DNA of 59,960 nucleotides, the filler included. It is 5 parts of 5 records of this genome, joined end to end, with 100 filler letters (N's around TTAATTAATTAA, not from the genome) between each part and the next. Parts side by side here need not be neighbours in the genome. Positions count along the whole stretch, not along the records: positions 26,714 to 33,538 come from SRR2962707_2336; positions 33,639 to 40,536 come from SRR2962707_2342; 3 more parts are not named here. One strand, given 5' to 3'. The notes beneath the pieces are model-generated. The model was not told where the DNA came from. It saw only the letters and a program-made list of their open reading frames with translations, and searched no databases. Shown here in pieces: positions 29,219-39,308 of this stretch. A program made the translations under genes and the position numbers. How positions within the stretch are numbered: the stretch's first letter is position 1; every line of letters begins with the position of its first letter.

Positions 29219-30250
29219 ATGGGTCTTTTTGATTTTTTCCAGAGCGACATAGCAATTGATTTAGGGACAGCCAACACGCTAATTATCAGCAAGGATAAAG
29301 TAGTGGTTGATGAGCCATCCATCATTGCCATTGATAAAAATACAAACAAGGTGCTGGCCATAGGCAGAGATGCCATGCAGATGCACGAAAAAACACACGA
29401 GAACATTAAAACCATTCGTCCGCTTAAGGATGGGGTAATCGCGGATTTCCACGCAGCAGAGCACATGATCCGTGGGATGATCAAGATGATGGATAAAGGC
29501 AAGAAAAGTTTTCTGCCTGCCTCGCACAGAATGATCATATGTATTCCGTCAGGTATTACCGAGGTGGAAAAGAGGGCCGTTCGTGACTCAGCGGAACATG
29601 CCGGAGCAAAAGAAGTATATATGATCCATGAGCCGATCGCGGCTGCTATCGGGATCGGAATAGATATTGATCAGCCGGTAGGAAGCATGGTTGTGGACAT
29701 TGGAGGAGGAACAACTGAGATTGCAGTGATTGCTTTGAGTGGAATTGTATGTGACCAGTCTATCCGTGTGGCCGGAGATTCCTTTAACAAGGATATTCTG
29801 GATTATATGCGAAGACAGCATAATCTCCTAATTGGTGAACGAACTGCTGAGAAAGTAAAAATCGAAGTTGGATCCGCCCTGACAGAACTTGATGACGATG
29901 CGCCGGAAGACTATGAAATTCGGGGAAGGGATTTGATGACGGGAATTCCGAAGGTAATAAAGATCTCCTATTCAGAAATTGCTTTTGCAATTGATAAGTC
30001 CGTTTCCAAGATTGAGGAGGCCGTGCTTAAAGCATTAGAGATTTCTCCACCGGAACTATCCGCTGACATCTATGACAATGGGATCTACCTGACAGGTGGA
30101 GGTGCGATGCTCAGAGGCCTGGACAAACGACTGTCTATGAAGACTAAATTGCCGATTCATATTGCGGAAGATCCATTGAGAGCCGTGGTGCGTGGTACCG
30201 GTATGGCTCTAAAAAATCTTAATCAATATAAAGCGGTATTGATGACCTAA
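29219..30250 (+). CDS. mreB: Rod shape-determining protein MreB
   Basis: IAIDLGTANTL, DIGGGTTE and LTGGGA actin-like motifs; first gene of the mre operon. Confidence 0.97.
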   Translation: MGLFDFFQSDIAIDLGTANTLIISKDKVVVDEPSIIAIDKNTNKVLAIGRDAMQMHEKTHENIKTIRPLKDGVIADFHAAEHMIRGMIKMMDKGKKSFLPASHRMIICIPSGITEVEKRAVRDSAEHAGAKEVYMIHEPIAAAIGIGIDIDQPVGSMVVDIGGGTTEIAVIALSGIVCDQSIRVAGDSFNKDILDYMRRQHNLLIGERTAEKVKIEVGSALTELDDDAPEDYEIRGRDLMTGIPKVIKISYSEIAFAIDKSVSKIEEAVLKALEISPPELSADIYDNGIYLTGGGAMLRGLDKRLSMKTKLPIHIAEDPLRAVVRGTGMALKNLNQYKAVLMT

Positions 30251-30257
30251 GAAGTGA

Positions 30258-31058
30258 ATGCAAAGGCTTTTAGATTTCCTTTATCAGCAACGAGAAATAG
30301 CCGTTTTTTTAGGCCTTGAAATTCTTAGTGCTTGGCTTCTAATCAACTACAACAATCGGTATAATGCTTCTTTTCTTAACTCCAGTAATGAGGCAGCTGC
30401 ATCCCTTACTCGCACTTCGAATAATGTAAGCGATTACTTTCAGCTTACGGAAGTGAACGAACGTCTGATGCTGGAGAATGAAAAGCTCCAACAGGAGCTG
30501 AGAGTACTGAGGACTGATAAGAGTTCATTCTTAGATACGGTGAATCAATACCAGGTGATCGCTGCGAAAGTCATTAACAACACGTTTGACAGAAGCACCA
30601 ATTTTGTGACTATTGCTGCTGGGAGAAAGGATAGTGTCGAGGTAGGAATGGGTGTGATTTCATCCTTCGGAGTGGTGGGACAGGTGAAATCCGTAACGAA
30701 GAATTTTGCTACGATTTACTCGTTGTTGCATCCAAAACTTTTAGTCTCATCCAAAGTGAAACGCACTGAAACCAAGTGTACCGTGCAATGGGATCAGGAG
30801 GCTTATGATCGAGCTAGTCTTAAATACATTCCTCGTCATATCAAACTCAAAAAGGGAGATTCAATAGTGACATCAGGCTTCAATTCCGTATTTCCTGAGA
30901 ATATTTTGGTAGGGGTCGTGGATGACTTAAACCTGGAAGAGCACATGACTTTTTATGAAGCAAAAGTGAAGTTGGCTACCGATTTCACCAGCTTGTATCA
31001 GGTTTTTGTCATAAAGGATTTATTTAAAGAGGAAAAAGATTCATTGCAGCTACAATGA
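30258..31058 (+). CDS. mreC: Rod shape-determining protein MreC
   Basis: N-terminal TM, coiled coil, GMGVISSFGVVG and GDSIVTSGF; located after mreB. Confidence 0.93.
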   Translation: MQRLLDFLYQQREIAVFLGLEILSAWLLINYNNRYNASFLNSSNEAAASLTRTSNNVSDYFQLTEVNERLMLENEKLQQELRVLRTDKSSFLDTVNQYQVIAAKVINNTFDRSTNFVTIAAGRKDSVEVGMGVISSFGVVGQVKSVTKNFATIYSLLHPKLLVSSKVKRTETKCTVQWDQEAYDRASLKYIPRHIKLKKGDSIVTSGFNSVFPENILVGVVDDLNLEEHMTFYEAKVKLATDFTSLYQVFVIKDLFKEEKDSLQLQ

Positions 31059-31570
31059 CAAGAGTAAGCATCAAAGAGCAAATTTTAAACCTGATCCTGC
31101 TTTTGCTGGTTCAGCTGCCACTTGTGCACCGGATTACCTTGTTTGATAAAGCTTTCGGTTTCTTTTACGTGGGCTTTTTGCTTTTGCTTCCAAGAACCTT
31201 GAGTCGTTCTTACCTGATGTTAATCGGTTTCTTAGCAGGCTTGCTGATTGATGTATTTACTAACACACCGGGGGTCCATGCATCTGCCTCTGTGGCTGTT
31301 ATGTTTGGCAGAAACTTTTGGCTTCAGGTCGTCAACGATGACTCACGGGAATTGACCAACCTCAACGTAAGCACACTTAAGAAATCAAGCTTTTTATACT
31401 TCATCTTTCCACTTGTGTTCATTCATCACTTTTTGATTTTCGTGATAGAGAATGGTGGGTTCCATCTTTTTGGTATGGTCTTGAGTAAAGTTGTTTTCAG
31501 TGCTATCTTTAGTACTGCGATTATTTTCGTTATCAACTTCATCATTACGCCTACGAGGAGACGAGCATGA
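31055..31570 (+). CDS. mreD: Rod shape-determining protein MreD
   Basis: Very hydrophobic 171 aa with GLLIDVFTNTPGVHA; ATGA overlap with mreC. Confidence 0.88.
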   Translation: MTRVSIKEQILNLILLLLVQLPLVHRITLFDKAFGFFYVGFLLLLPRTLSRSYLMLIGFLAGLLIDVFTNTPGVHASASVAVMFGRNFWLQVVNDDSRELTNLNVSTLKKSSFLYFIFPLVFIHHFLIFVIENGGFHLFGMVLSKVVFSAIFSTAIIFVINFIITPTRRRA

Positions 31571-33390
31571 GAGGGCGAGGGTTAATCATACGAACGTTTA
31601 TTCTACTTACTGCAACAGTCTTTGCGGTTCGGCTTTTTTATATCCAAATTTTGGAGGAGGATTATAAAGTTGCAGCTGAGAATAATGTAGTACAAAAAAT
31701 TGTGCAGTACCCCTTCAGAGGCTTGGTATATGACAGCAATGACAGTCTGGTAATTTATAATTCACCTGTATACGACCTGATGATTGTACCGACAGAGGCG
31801 GAGATCAAGGACACGACTGCTTTTTGTCAGCTGTTGGAAATAGAAAAGGAGGAGCTACTTGAAAAGCTCAATGAAGCTGAAGAATACTCATCGATTTTAG
31901 CATCAAAATTTATTGAGCAAATTTCAGATGATCTTTTTGCCCGACTTCAGGACCAGTTAATCAACTATCCAGGCTTTTATGTTTTGCCACGAACCATTCG
32001 GTCATACAATACCAAATCCCTGGCAAATGTGGTAGGCTATGTTGGTGAAGTAAGCCGGAGCTTTTTGAACAGGGACACCACCAATTATTATCATTCCGGT
32101 GATTACATAGGAATTGGAGGGATAGAGAAAGCTTATGAAGAGCATTTAAGAGGAAAACGTGGGGCTACTTTCAAAGTAGTAAATGTGCAGGGGATTATCA
32201 AAGATGATTACCGTGATGGGGAATATGATACCCTTCCACAGTCCGGTGAAAATATCCATCTAACCATTGACCTGGAACTGCAGCAGTATGCTGAGAGACT
32301 CATGGAAGGGAAGGTGGGCAGTGTGGTCGCGATTGAACCAAAGACCGGAAGAATTTTAGCTCTTGTTTCAGCCCCTTCGTATGACCCACAATTATTGAGC
32401 GGAAAGAATCTCAGCAAAAATTTTCCAGATCTTAACAATAATGAAGATAAGCCACTTTTCAATCGTCCTCTTCAGGCGATGTATCCACCAGGGTCCATGT
32501 TCAAGACGATTCAGGGAATTATAGCCATGCACGAGGGGGTGGTCAGAGCGGATGAAATTATTCGAACGGATGGATCCAACATTGGGGACCTTGCACCGCC
32601 CGGACCGTATGATATGGTTAAGGCGATCACCAAGTCCTCCAATAATTATTTCTATTTAATTATGCGTAGAATGGTGGAGCAAGGGGTGGAAGAAAGCCAG
32701 TTCCTTGATGCCAGAATTGGTCTGGAAAAATGGCGGGAGTACGTAAAGGAATTTGGCTTAGGAAGGAATCTTGGGGTGGATCTACCTAATGAGAAGCCAG
32801 GGAATGTGCCCAGTATCGAATACTATGATCGACAGTATGGACCTAAACGGTGGAAGTACTCCAACATAGCTTCACTGAGTATTGGACAGGGGGAGCTGCA
32901 GGTAACACCTTTGCAAATGGCAAATCTGGGTGCCATTCTGGCAAACCGTGGGTACTTCATTACTCCTCACGTAGTTGACAAGATTCAAGGATGGCCGAAC
33001 CCAAATATTCAAAAAGAAATATTGCCATTCGACCCGGCGTTATTCGGACCAATAATAAAAGGAATGGAACAGGTGGTGATGGCTGGTTCGGGGAGAAGAG
33101 GGTATTTAGATAGCCTGAAATTAGCCGGAAAAACCAGTACGGTTCAGAACCCGCATGGCGAAGATCACTCTGGTTTTATGGGTTTTGCGCCCATGGATGA
33201 TCCGAAGATTTCCATAGCGGCTTATGTTGAGAATGCAGGACAAGGAGGAAGAGCGGCTGTTTCGGTTGCCAGTTTGATGGCCGAAAAATATGTGCTGGGG
33301 ACCGTTTCACGTCCATGGCTTGAAGAATATATATTAGAAGAAAGATATTTACCTGAAAATGCGCCAAGACCCACTCTCGCAGAAAATTGA
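31567..33390 (+). CDS. mrdA: Penicillin-binding protein 2 (peptidoglycan D,D-transpeptidase)
   Basis: YPPGSMFK (SxxK), SSNNYFY (SxN), IGQGELQVTPLQMA and GKTST; operon context. Confidence 0.95.
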   Translation: MRGRGLIIRTFILLTATVFAVRLFYIQILEEDYKVAAENNVVQKIVQYPFRGLVYDSNDSLVIYNSPVYDLMIVPTEAEIKDTTAFCQLLEIEKEELLEKLNEAEEYSSILASKFIEQISDDLFARLQDQLINYPGFYVLPRTIRSYNTKSLANVVGYVGEVSRSFLNRDTTNYYHSGDYIGIGGIEKAYEEHLRGKRGATFKVVNVQGIIKDDYRDGEYDTLPQSGENIHLTIDLELQQYAERLMEGKVGSVVAIEPKTGRILALVSAPSYDPQLLSGKNLSKNFPDLNNNEDKPLFNRPLQAMYPPGSMFKTIQGIIAMHEGVVRADEIIRTDGSNIGDLAPPGPYDMVKAITKSSNNYFYLIMRRMVEQGVEESQFLDARIGLEKWREYVKEFGLGRNLGVDLPNEKPGNVPSIEYYDRQYGPKRWKYSNIASLSIGQGELQVTPLQMANLGAILANRGYFITPHVVDKIQGWPNPNIQKEILPFDPALFGPIIKGMEQVVMAGSGRRGYLDSLKLAGKTSTVQNPHGEDHSGFMGFAPMDDPKISIAAYVENAGQGGRAAVSVASLMAEKYVLGTVSRPWLEEYILEERYLPENAPRPTLAEN

Positions 33391-33538
33391 TTGGATCTCG
33401 GTCCTACTCTTTGGGGCGCTTGTGCTAGCAGGCTGGTTAAATATCTATGCTGCAGAGTATGATCCCGAAATGGATCAGAGCATTTTCGATTTTGGGACAA
33501 GTGCTGGAAGGCAGTTAGTTTGGATTGCAGCGTCTGCA
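33359..33538 (+). CDS. rodA: Rod shape-determining protein RodA (5' fragment, truncated by contig end)
   Basis: IDWISVLLFGALVLAGWLNIYAA...GRQLVWI is a SEDS N-terminus; the start overlaps the end of mrdA. Confidence 0.85.
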
Positions 33539-33638
33539 NNNNNNNNNNNNNNNNNNNNNNNNNNNNNNNNNNNNNNNNNNNNTTAATTAATTAANNNNNN
33601 NNNNNNNNNNNNNNNNNNNNNNNNNNNNNNNNNNNNNN
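33539..33638. other. Artificial contig spacer
   Basis: N44-TTAATTAATTAA-N44. Confidence 0.98.
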
Positions 33639-34234
33639 GGATGTAAACCGACTACAGGACCGCTATGCACTGCTTTCAACACCTTTAACGGCGCTTGCTT
33701 AACCGACGTAATATCAACTAATAAACAATCATCATCAAGCTTAGGTAAAGCTCTAACCACAGTTTCTAAGGCATTTATAGGCACACTGATCATCACCAGC
33801 TTTGCACCTGCTAAGATTTCTTGCGCGTTACTTTGCTGTTCTTTGTCGAGTATTCTAACTTCATACCCTGAGCGAATAAATTGCTGAGTAAATAACTGCC
33901 CCATCGCGCCTTGACCACCCACAATAACAATAGGTGATAATCGCGGTGCACTACATGCAAGTTTCGCTTGTTGGTTTTGGTATGCTTCACGCATCATACG
34001 ACGTAGGATATCTTCGACTAATTCAGGGTTAACACCTTGGTTGATCGCTTCTTGGCGACGAGCAGCTAATAACGTAGCTTCACGATCAGGTGCATGCAGT
34101 GGCGCCCCAGTTTGTTGTTTAATTGCGCCGATCTGCTCAGTAATACTATTACGTCTAGCTAACAGCGCAACCAACTGGGCATCGCATTCATCAATGCCCT
34201 CTCTTAACTTATCTAACTCTTTTATATCCGTCAC
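33639..34234 (-). CDS. tyrA: Bifunctional chorismate mutase / prephenate dehydrogenase (3' truncated)
   Basis: LDKLREGIDECDAQLVALLARR is the chorismate mutase domain, followed by IVIVGGQGAMG, DITSVK and VVGLH of the dehydrogenase. GTG start with AAGGTGGT ribosome-binding site. Confidence 0.93.
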
Positions 34235-34262
34235 GCGACTACCACCTTAAAAACTGCAATTC

Positions 34263-34280
34263 CGTACATTTAAATTTACA
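34263..34280 (-). promoter_or_regulatory. Putative TyrR/PhhR box upstream of tyrA
   Basis: Minus strand reads TGTAAA-tttaaa-TGTACG, versus the consensus TGTAAA-N6-TTTACA, about 30 nt upstream of the tyrA start. Confidence 0.6.
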
Positions 34281-34539
34281 TAAAAGTAAACTAATCAATA
34301 CGACAAATACTAACAGGATCAGTAAGCTGTTAAAAGGCTAAATAGTAAAGAATCAGCGTTGTGTAGTTAATAAGGCTTAGTTGAAGCTCTAGCTCGCAAT
34401 ATAAAGTACTCGTGGCTGTTTCAGGAAATATAATTATTCCACCTGAACTGCTATTTTATTCATGCAATCAATATTTTATGCTTAAGTTTAACTATATACT
34501 TTACTAATAAAAATTAGCTATTGGCCAACAAGATACTAT

Positions 34540-35574
34540 ATGGATATTACATTTACCCCGTTGCAAGTTATTGAACTGTTCTTTCGCTTTGCTACAGTTG
34601 GCCAGCTCAGCCTACTTATTGTTTTTTATCTAAAACCGCAGGAAAAATTCCCAGCACCTAAAATCGCTTTAATTAGCAGTATTATAGGTTATATTTTACT
34701 AACCGCTCCAATTGAAGATCACCATTATGGCGGGCTCCGACATGTATTATTACTTATTACCGATCTCACACCTTTTGTTATTTTGTGGTTTACACTAACC
34801 CAACTTGATGGCAATTTTAAAATAACCAGAACCCCTAAATGGATACTGATGCCAAGCATTGCATGGCTATTAATTTTAATTTATTTATTCTTAGTGCTGG
34901 GTGGGGCAGGCATACTTCACGATTTTAATCACGGCCTTGGGATAATCGTGTTACTTACTGTTATGTATTTATGCCTGTCTGAATTTATTGATGATTTAGA
35001 TAATCGCAGACGCAATGTAAGGTTACTTTTAGTGACCCTTTGCTCATTTTATATGCTAACACTCGTCTCCTTTGAATTTGTATATCAAGGAATTCGTAAT
35101 ACTTGGCAATTTAGCTTCTTTAATGCTGTTATTATTTTTATGTTGGCCGCATCCATTACAACTCATATTATTTTCAAACAAAATAAACCAATCACAAACG
35201 CTCAAGCTGGTAATGAGCAACTTAGTACTTTAAATAGCACGCAAATTAACGCACTCAATGAATTAATGACTCAAGGTGTGTATTTACAACCGGAGCTAAC
35301 AATTGGTAAGTTAGCAACCTTAGTATCTATGCCCGCGCATCAACTCAGACAGCTTATTAACCAACAGCTCGGATTTAGTAATTTCTCCCACTATCTCAAT
35401 AGTTATCGAATTCCATGGGTGTGTGAACAATTACGTGATCCCACAAAACAAAAGCTCCCTATCTTAACCATAGCGTTAGAAGCTGGTTATGGCTCCATAG
35501 CGCCTTTCAATCGAGCATTTAAAGCGCAAATGGCACAAACACCGAAGGAATACCGTAGTCAATTTCAAAAATGA
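34540..35574 (+). CDS. AraC-family regulator with multi-pass membrane N-terminus
   Basis: Several hydrophobic helices followed by a C-terminal HTH (YLQPELTIGKLA...LRQLINQQLGFSNFSHYLNSYRI...IALEAGYGSIAPFNRAFK...TPKEYR). Confidence 0.9.
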   Translation: MDITFTPLQVIELFFRFATVGQLSLLIVFYLKPQEKFPAPKIALISSIIGYILLTAPIEDHHYGGLRHVLLLITDLTPFVILWFTLTQLDGNFKITRTPKWILMPSIAWLLILIYLFLVLGGAGILHDFNHGLGIIVLLTVMYLCLSEFIDDLDNRRRNVRLLLVTLCSFYMLTLVSFEFVYQGIRNTWQFSFFNAVIIFMLAASITTHIIFKQNKPITNAQAGNEQLSTLNSTQINALNELMTQGVYLQPELTIGKLATLVSMPAHQLRQLINQQLGFSNFSHYLNSYRIPWVCEQLRDPTKQKLPILTIALEAGYGSIAPFNRAFKAQMAQTPKEYRSQFQK

Positions 35575-35653
35575 TCCGTTTTTTTCAATATCAATAAGCA
35601 ATTAAAAATCTATTAGGTTGCAATGACCTTTCACTTTTAATTGGAACTTAATA

Positions 35654-36898
35654 ATGAAAAAAATAGCTACGTTACTCTTGGTACTCATTCTGTCTTACCT
35701 TTGCTGGCCGCTGTATCAAGGGTTAGCTTATAAGGATATGCTACCTTTAATTGGCTTCAACTTTGTGGCTTGGCCGACAGAGCAACCCAGCTCTAGTCAA
35801 CTTTTTGCTATGCAATTTGAACACGCTGAACATAAAGCCATTACAGCACTAAAAAAACAACAAGCTAAAGTTGCCGCCCCAGGATATACCGCGGCAGTCG
35901 CCATTGATGGAGCAATGATATGGGCTGGCAGCGTTGGTTGGGCGGACATTTCACAACATAAAAAAATGACAACCGACACTCAACTAAGGATTGGCAGTAC
36001 ATCAAAAGCTCTCACAGCAACTGGATTAGCACGATTAGTAGCAGATGATAAACTAGATTTAGATGCACCTCTGTCTTCTTACTTTAAGGTATTACCAAAT
36101 CAGGCTTGGGCAAATATCACCGCCCGTCAACTAGCTTCACACATGGCAGGCATTCCTCACTACCAAGACAACACCGAACTTTTAGGTGTTTTAGAAACAA
36201 TCACGGCACAAACTTACTACCCAGATGTAATGGAAGCAATTACATTATTTGATGAAAGTGAGACATTATTTAAACCTGGTGAGCAGTTTAGTTATTCTAG
36301 TTTGGGGAGCGTATTATTAAGTGCACTAATGCAAGTTAAAGCCCAACAAACATACCAAGATTATATGCAGCAAGCCGTTTTCAAGCCCCTTAAGATGACT
36401 GCAACATTTACAGAAACACCGACAAGCAATCGTGATAACTTGGCCACTTTTTACTGGCAAAATAGTAAACAATTAACCGAGCTTAAAGCTTGGTATAAAG
36501 TAGACCTAAGTCACCGTTTGGCTGGTGGAGGCTGGGTTTCCACCTCAACAGACTTAGCGAAATTGGGGCAAGGCTTTATGGATGACACTTATATTCCCCA
36601 GTCCGTTAGAGAGGAGTTTTGGACGCCGCAAGTGTTAAGTAATGGGGATATAAATGCACAGAAATACGGCTTAGGTTGGCGCGTACATAACTTAGAGTTA
36701 GGGGAAAGCTTTACCAGCATGAAATATATGCACCATGGCGGTGTATCAGCAGGCGCACAGAGCTTCCTAATGGTGATACCAGAATACAAACTTTCGATTG
36801 CGGTTAATGCCAATGTCAGAACTGCAGTCTTTTCAGATTTTGCAAACGTATCCTTTGATTTAGCTCGGATATTTATACAAGAAATAGAAACGCAATGA
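35654..36898 (+). CDS. Serine hydrolase, beta-lactamase-related (class C / esterase / D-peptidase) family
   Basis: IGSTSK (SxxK), LASHMAGI, FSYSSLG (Y-x-S) and HHGG motifs; N-terminal signal or anchor. Confidence 0.88.
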   Translation: MKKIATLLLVLILSYLCWPLYQGLAYKDMLPLIGFNFVAWPTEQPSSSQLFAMQFEHAEHKAITALKKQQAKVAAPGYTAAVAIDGAMIWAGSVGWADISQHKKMTTDTQLRIGSTSKALTATGLARLVADDKLDLDAPLSSYFKVLPNQAWANITARQLASHMAGIPHYQDNTELLGVLETITAQTYYPDVMEAITLFDESETLFKPGEQFSYSSLGSVLLSALMQVKAQQTYQDYMQQAVFKPLKMTATFTETPTSNRDNLATFYWQNSKQLTELKAWYKVDLSHRLAGGGWVSTSTDLAKLGQGFMDDTYIPQSVREEFWTPQVLSNGDINAQKYGLGWRVHNLELGESFTSMKYMHHGGVSAGAQSFLMVIPEYKLSIAVNANVRTAVFSDFANVSFDLARIFIQEIETQ

Positions 36899-37026
36899 GG
36901 ACTGTGGCGTTAAAGTAACTTGCGATGAACGCTTGAACGGCGAGTAACTCTTAATCTTTTAACTTTACTCTTTAAGCTCACTAACTCGCTCACTTTACTC
37001 AAGTTAATCTACTCGCTATAAAAACC

Positions 37027-37067
37027 AAAACGGGTTGCAACCCGAAGGCTGCAACCCGTTTTTTTTG
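37027..37067. terminator. Bidirectional intrinsic terminator between the serine hydrolase and rplS
   Basis: aaaa-cgggttgca ... tgcaacccg-ttttttttt hairpin flanked by A and T tracts, between convergent genes. Confidence 0.85.
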
Positions 37068-37086
37068 CGTTGCTAAACAGCGCGTA

Positions 37087-37446
37087 TTAGTTAAGTTTTT
37101 CTCTAATACGTGCAGATTTACCAGAACGCTCACGTAGATAGTAAAGTTTCGCACGGCGAACTGCACCGCGACGCTTAACTGCTACGCTATCGATAAGAGG
37201 GCTGTGCGTTTGGAATACACGCTCAACACCTTCACCGTTCGAGATTTTACGAACTGTGAATGCTGAGTGAAGACCACGATTACGCTTAGCGATTACAACA
37301 CCTTCAAAGGCCTGTAGACGCTCTTTAGCACCTTCTTTTACTTTTACCTGTACAACCACTGTATCACCAGGGCCGAATGCAGGTACGTCTGTTTTAAGCT
37401 GCTCATCTTCAAGCGCTTTAATAATATTTTGGTTTACTTTTGCCAT
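37087..37446 (-). CDS. rplS: 50S ribosomal protein L19
   Basis: [20 protein letters not shown] and [13 protein letters not shown] start (MAKVNQ) taken at 37446. Confidence 0.96.
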   Translation of the reverse strand: MAKVNQNIIKALEDEQLKTDVPAFGPGDTVVVQVKVKEGAKERLQAFEGVVIAKRNRGLHSAFTVRKISNGEGVERVFQTHSPLIDSVAVKRRGAVRRAKLYYLRERSGKSARIREKLN

Positions 37447-37479
37447 TATGTTTCTCACTTTCCTAGGTGTAACTGTCTT

Positions 37480-38247
37480 CTAGCCACAAGCTTTTTGGTA
37501 CTCTTGCTGAAATTTCGCGAGTAATACCGCTTGCTCCTCAGTCAGAGCTAGGTTATGCAACAAGTCAGGACGTCGTAACCAAGTTCTGCCTAATGACTGC
37601 ATTTGCCGCCATTTTGCTATCTCTTGGTGGTTGCCACTGAGTAATACAGCAGGAACCTGTTTGTCGTCCAATGTTTCTGGCCGTGTATAGTGAGGACAAT
37701 CTAGCAAGCCATCCGAAAATGAGTCTTGCTCCGCTGATTGGTTGTGCCCTAATACACCTGGCACTAACCGCGCTACTGCGTCAATTAGTGTCATGGCAGG
37801 TAGTTCACCACCACTCAAAATAAAATCACCAATTGACCATTCTTCGTCAACGTATGACTCTATTATTCTCTCGTCTATACCTTCATAGCGACCGGCAATC
37901 AAAATCAGTTTTTTAGAGCTTGCGAGTTCGCTCGCCCCTTGCTGATCTAATTTGCGCCCTTGCGGGGACATATAAATTACTTTTGCACCATCACCTGCCG
38001 CTTTTTTTGCGTCAAGAATGGCTTGTTTCAATGGTTCAACCATCATTAACATACCTGGACCGCCCCCGTAAGGACGATCATCCACTGTTCTATGCTTATC
38101 AATAGCATAGTCGCGTGGGTTCCAGCAGTTAAAATCGATTAAACCATTTTTTACTGCGCGACCAGTTACACCTTGCGTTGTAATGGCATCAAACATGTCC
38201 GGGAAAAGGCTGATAACCCCTACCCACAACGAACTCGTTTGACTCAT
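37480..38247 (-). CDS. trmD: tRNA (guanine37-N1)-methyltransferase
   Basis: [32 protein letters not shown] and PHYTRP. Confidence 0.97.
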   Translation of the reverse strand: MSQTSSLWVGVISLFPDMFDAITTQGVTGRAVKNGLIDFNCWNPRDYAIDKHRTVDDRPYGGGPGMLMMVEPLKQAILDAKKAAGDGAKVIYMSPQGRKLDQQGASELASSKKLILIAGRYEGIDERIIESYVDEEWSIGDFILSGGELPAMTLIDAVARLVPGVLGHNQSAEQDSFSDGLLDCPHYTRPETLDDKQVPAVLLSGNHQEIAKWRQMQSLGRTWLRRPDLLHNLALTEEQAVLLAKFQQEYQKACG

Positions 38248-38783
38248 TAAAAGCCAGGATCCCAGTCTACGGTAATTTCTCTCGCATCGTGTTTAACTTC
38301 TTTAATAACTGAATCAGTTAAAAATGGAATTAAACGCTCTGCTTGGCCAAATGCATCTTTATTATTTGCTTTCACAACTAATACGTCATTTGAGCCTGTC
38401 TCCATCAGGTCATCAACTATGCCTAAGTTATAACCTTTATCAGTTATAACCGACATACCGATGAGATCTCGCCAATAGAACTCGCCTTGCGGCAGTTCTG
38501 GTAGTTGCGCTGCATCCATTGAGATTTCTGCATGGGTATAAGCCATTGCTTCGTCTCGGTCGTTTACTTGCGCAAATTTAGCGATAAAGCCTTTGTTGTG
38601 GCGACGCCAGTCGACCACTTCTAAGGTCTGCCATTTACCTTGCTGCCCTATCAACCACGGGCTGAAATCGAAGATCCCTTGGGGATCATCAGTAAATGAA
38701 TGTACCTTAAGCCAGCCCTTTATACCATATGGGGCACCGAGCTTTCCTACGACAATTATTGATGAGGTGTTCTCTTGACTCAT
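38247..38783 (-). CDS. rimM: Ribosome maturation factor RimM
   Basis: [31 protein letters not shown] and VDWDPGF. Confidence 0.96.
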   Translation of the reverse strand: MSQENTSSIIVVGKLGAPYGIKGWLKVHSFTDDPQGIFDFSPWLIGQQGKWQTLEVVDWRRHNKGFIAKFAQVNDRDEAMAYTHAEISMDAAQLPELPQGEFYWRDLIGMSVITDKGYNLGIVDDLMETGSNDVLVVKANNKDAFGQAERLIPFLTDSVIKEVKHDAREITVDWDPGF

Positions 38784-38800
38784 GGTTACACTTACGCCTA

Positions 38801-39049
38801 TTAAGCCGCTTTACGAGCGTCTTTTACTAACTTACTTACGCGATCTGAAAGAGATGCGCCCTGACCTACCCAGTGTTCTACACGAGATAAATCTAAACGT
38901 ACTTTTTCTTCTTGACCACTAGCAATTGGGTTAAAAAAGCCTACTTTCTCGATGAAGCGACCGTCACGCGAGAAACGGCTATCCGCAACCACAATTTGAT
39001 AGAAAGGGCGTTTTTTAGCGCCACCACGTTGCAAACGAATAGTTACCAT
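38801..39049 (-). CDS. rpsP: 30S ribosomal protein S16
   Basis: [30 protein letters not shown] ribosome-binding site. Confidence 0.98.
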   Translation of the reverse strand: MVTIRLQRGGAKKRPFYQIVVADSRFSRDGRFIEKVGFFNPIASGQEEKVRLDLSRVEHWVGQGASLSDRVSKLVKDARKAA

Positions 39050-39116
39050 ACCGTCCTCTAAATAGATTGACTGTTTTCATTAATAAGATTTACTCCCCAG
39101 TATGGGGAGCTGGGGA

Positions 39117-39144
39117 ATTGTACGAGTTTTTAGCAACAATGCAA
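39117..39144 (-). promoter_or_regulatory. Sigma70 promoter of the rpsP operon
   Basis: Minus strand TTGCAT-N16-TACAAT, followed by a short leader hairpin (ctcccca/tggggag at 39093-39109). Confidence 0.65.
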
Positions 39145-39240
39145 GTAAGAAGTGACGCGAAATAACGGTTAAGTTGATTAAACACTGATCTACGCGTTAA
39201 TTCAGACTATATCGCGCTTTCACTGCATAATTTATCCACA

Positions 39241-39267
39241 AAAAAAGAGGCCATTTGCCTCTTTTTT
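39241..39267 (-). terminator. Intrinsic terminator after ffh
   Basis: aaaaaagaggc...gcctctttttt inverted repeat about 40 nt past the ffh stop. Confidence 0.75.
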
Positions 39268-39308
39268 CGCTAACTAAATTACAATTTCATCGAATGTTAG
39301 CCAAAAAC

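Noticed and set aside
26614-33538. Horizontal transfer of bacterial operons into the eukaryote
   Set aside because: Adjacency exists only across artificial spacers; the bacterial contigs have intact operons, no introns and native promoters.
35654-36898. Calling the serine hydrolase an AmpC antibiotic-resistance gene
   Set aside because: It has YxS and HGG instead of YxN and KTG; family membership alone does not imply beta-lactam hydrolysis.
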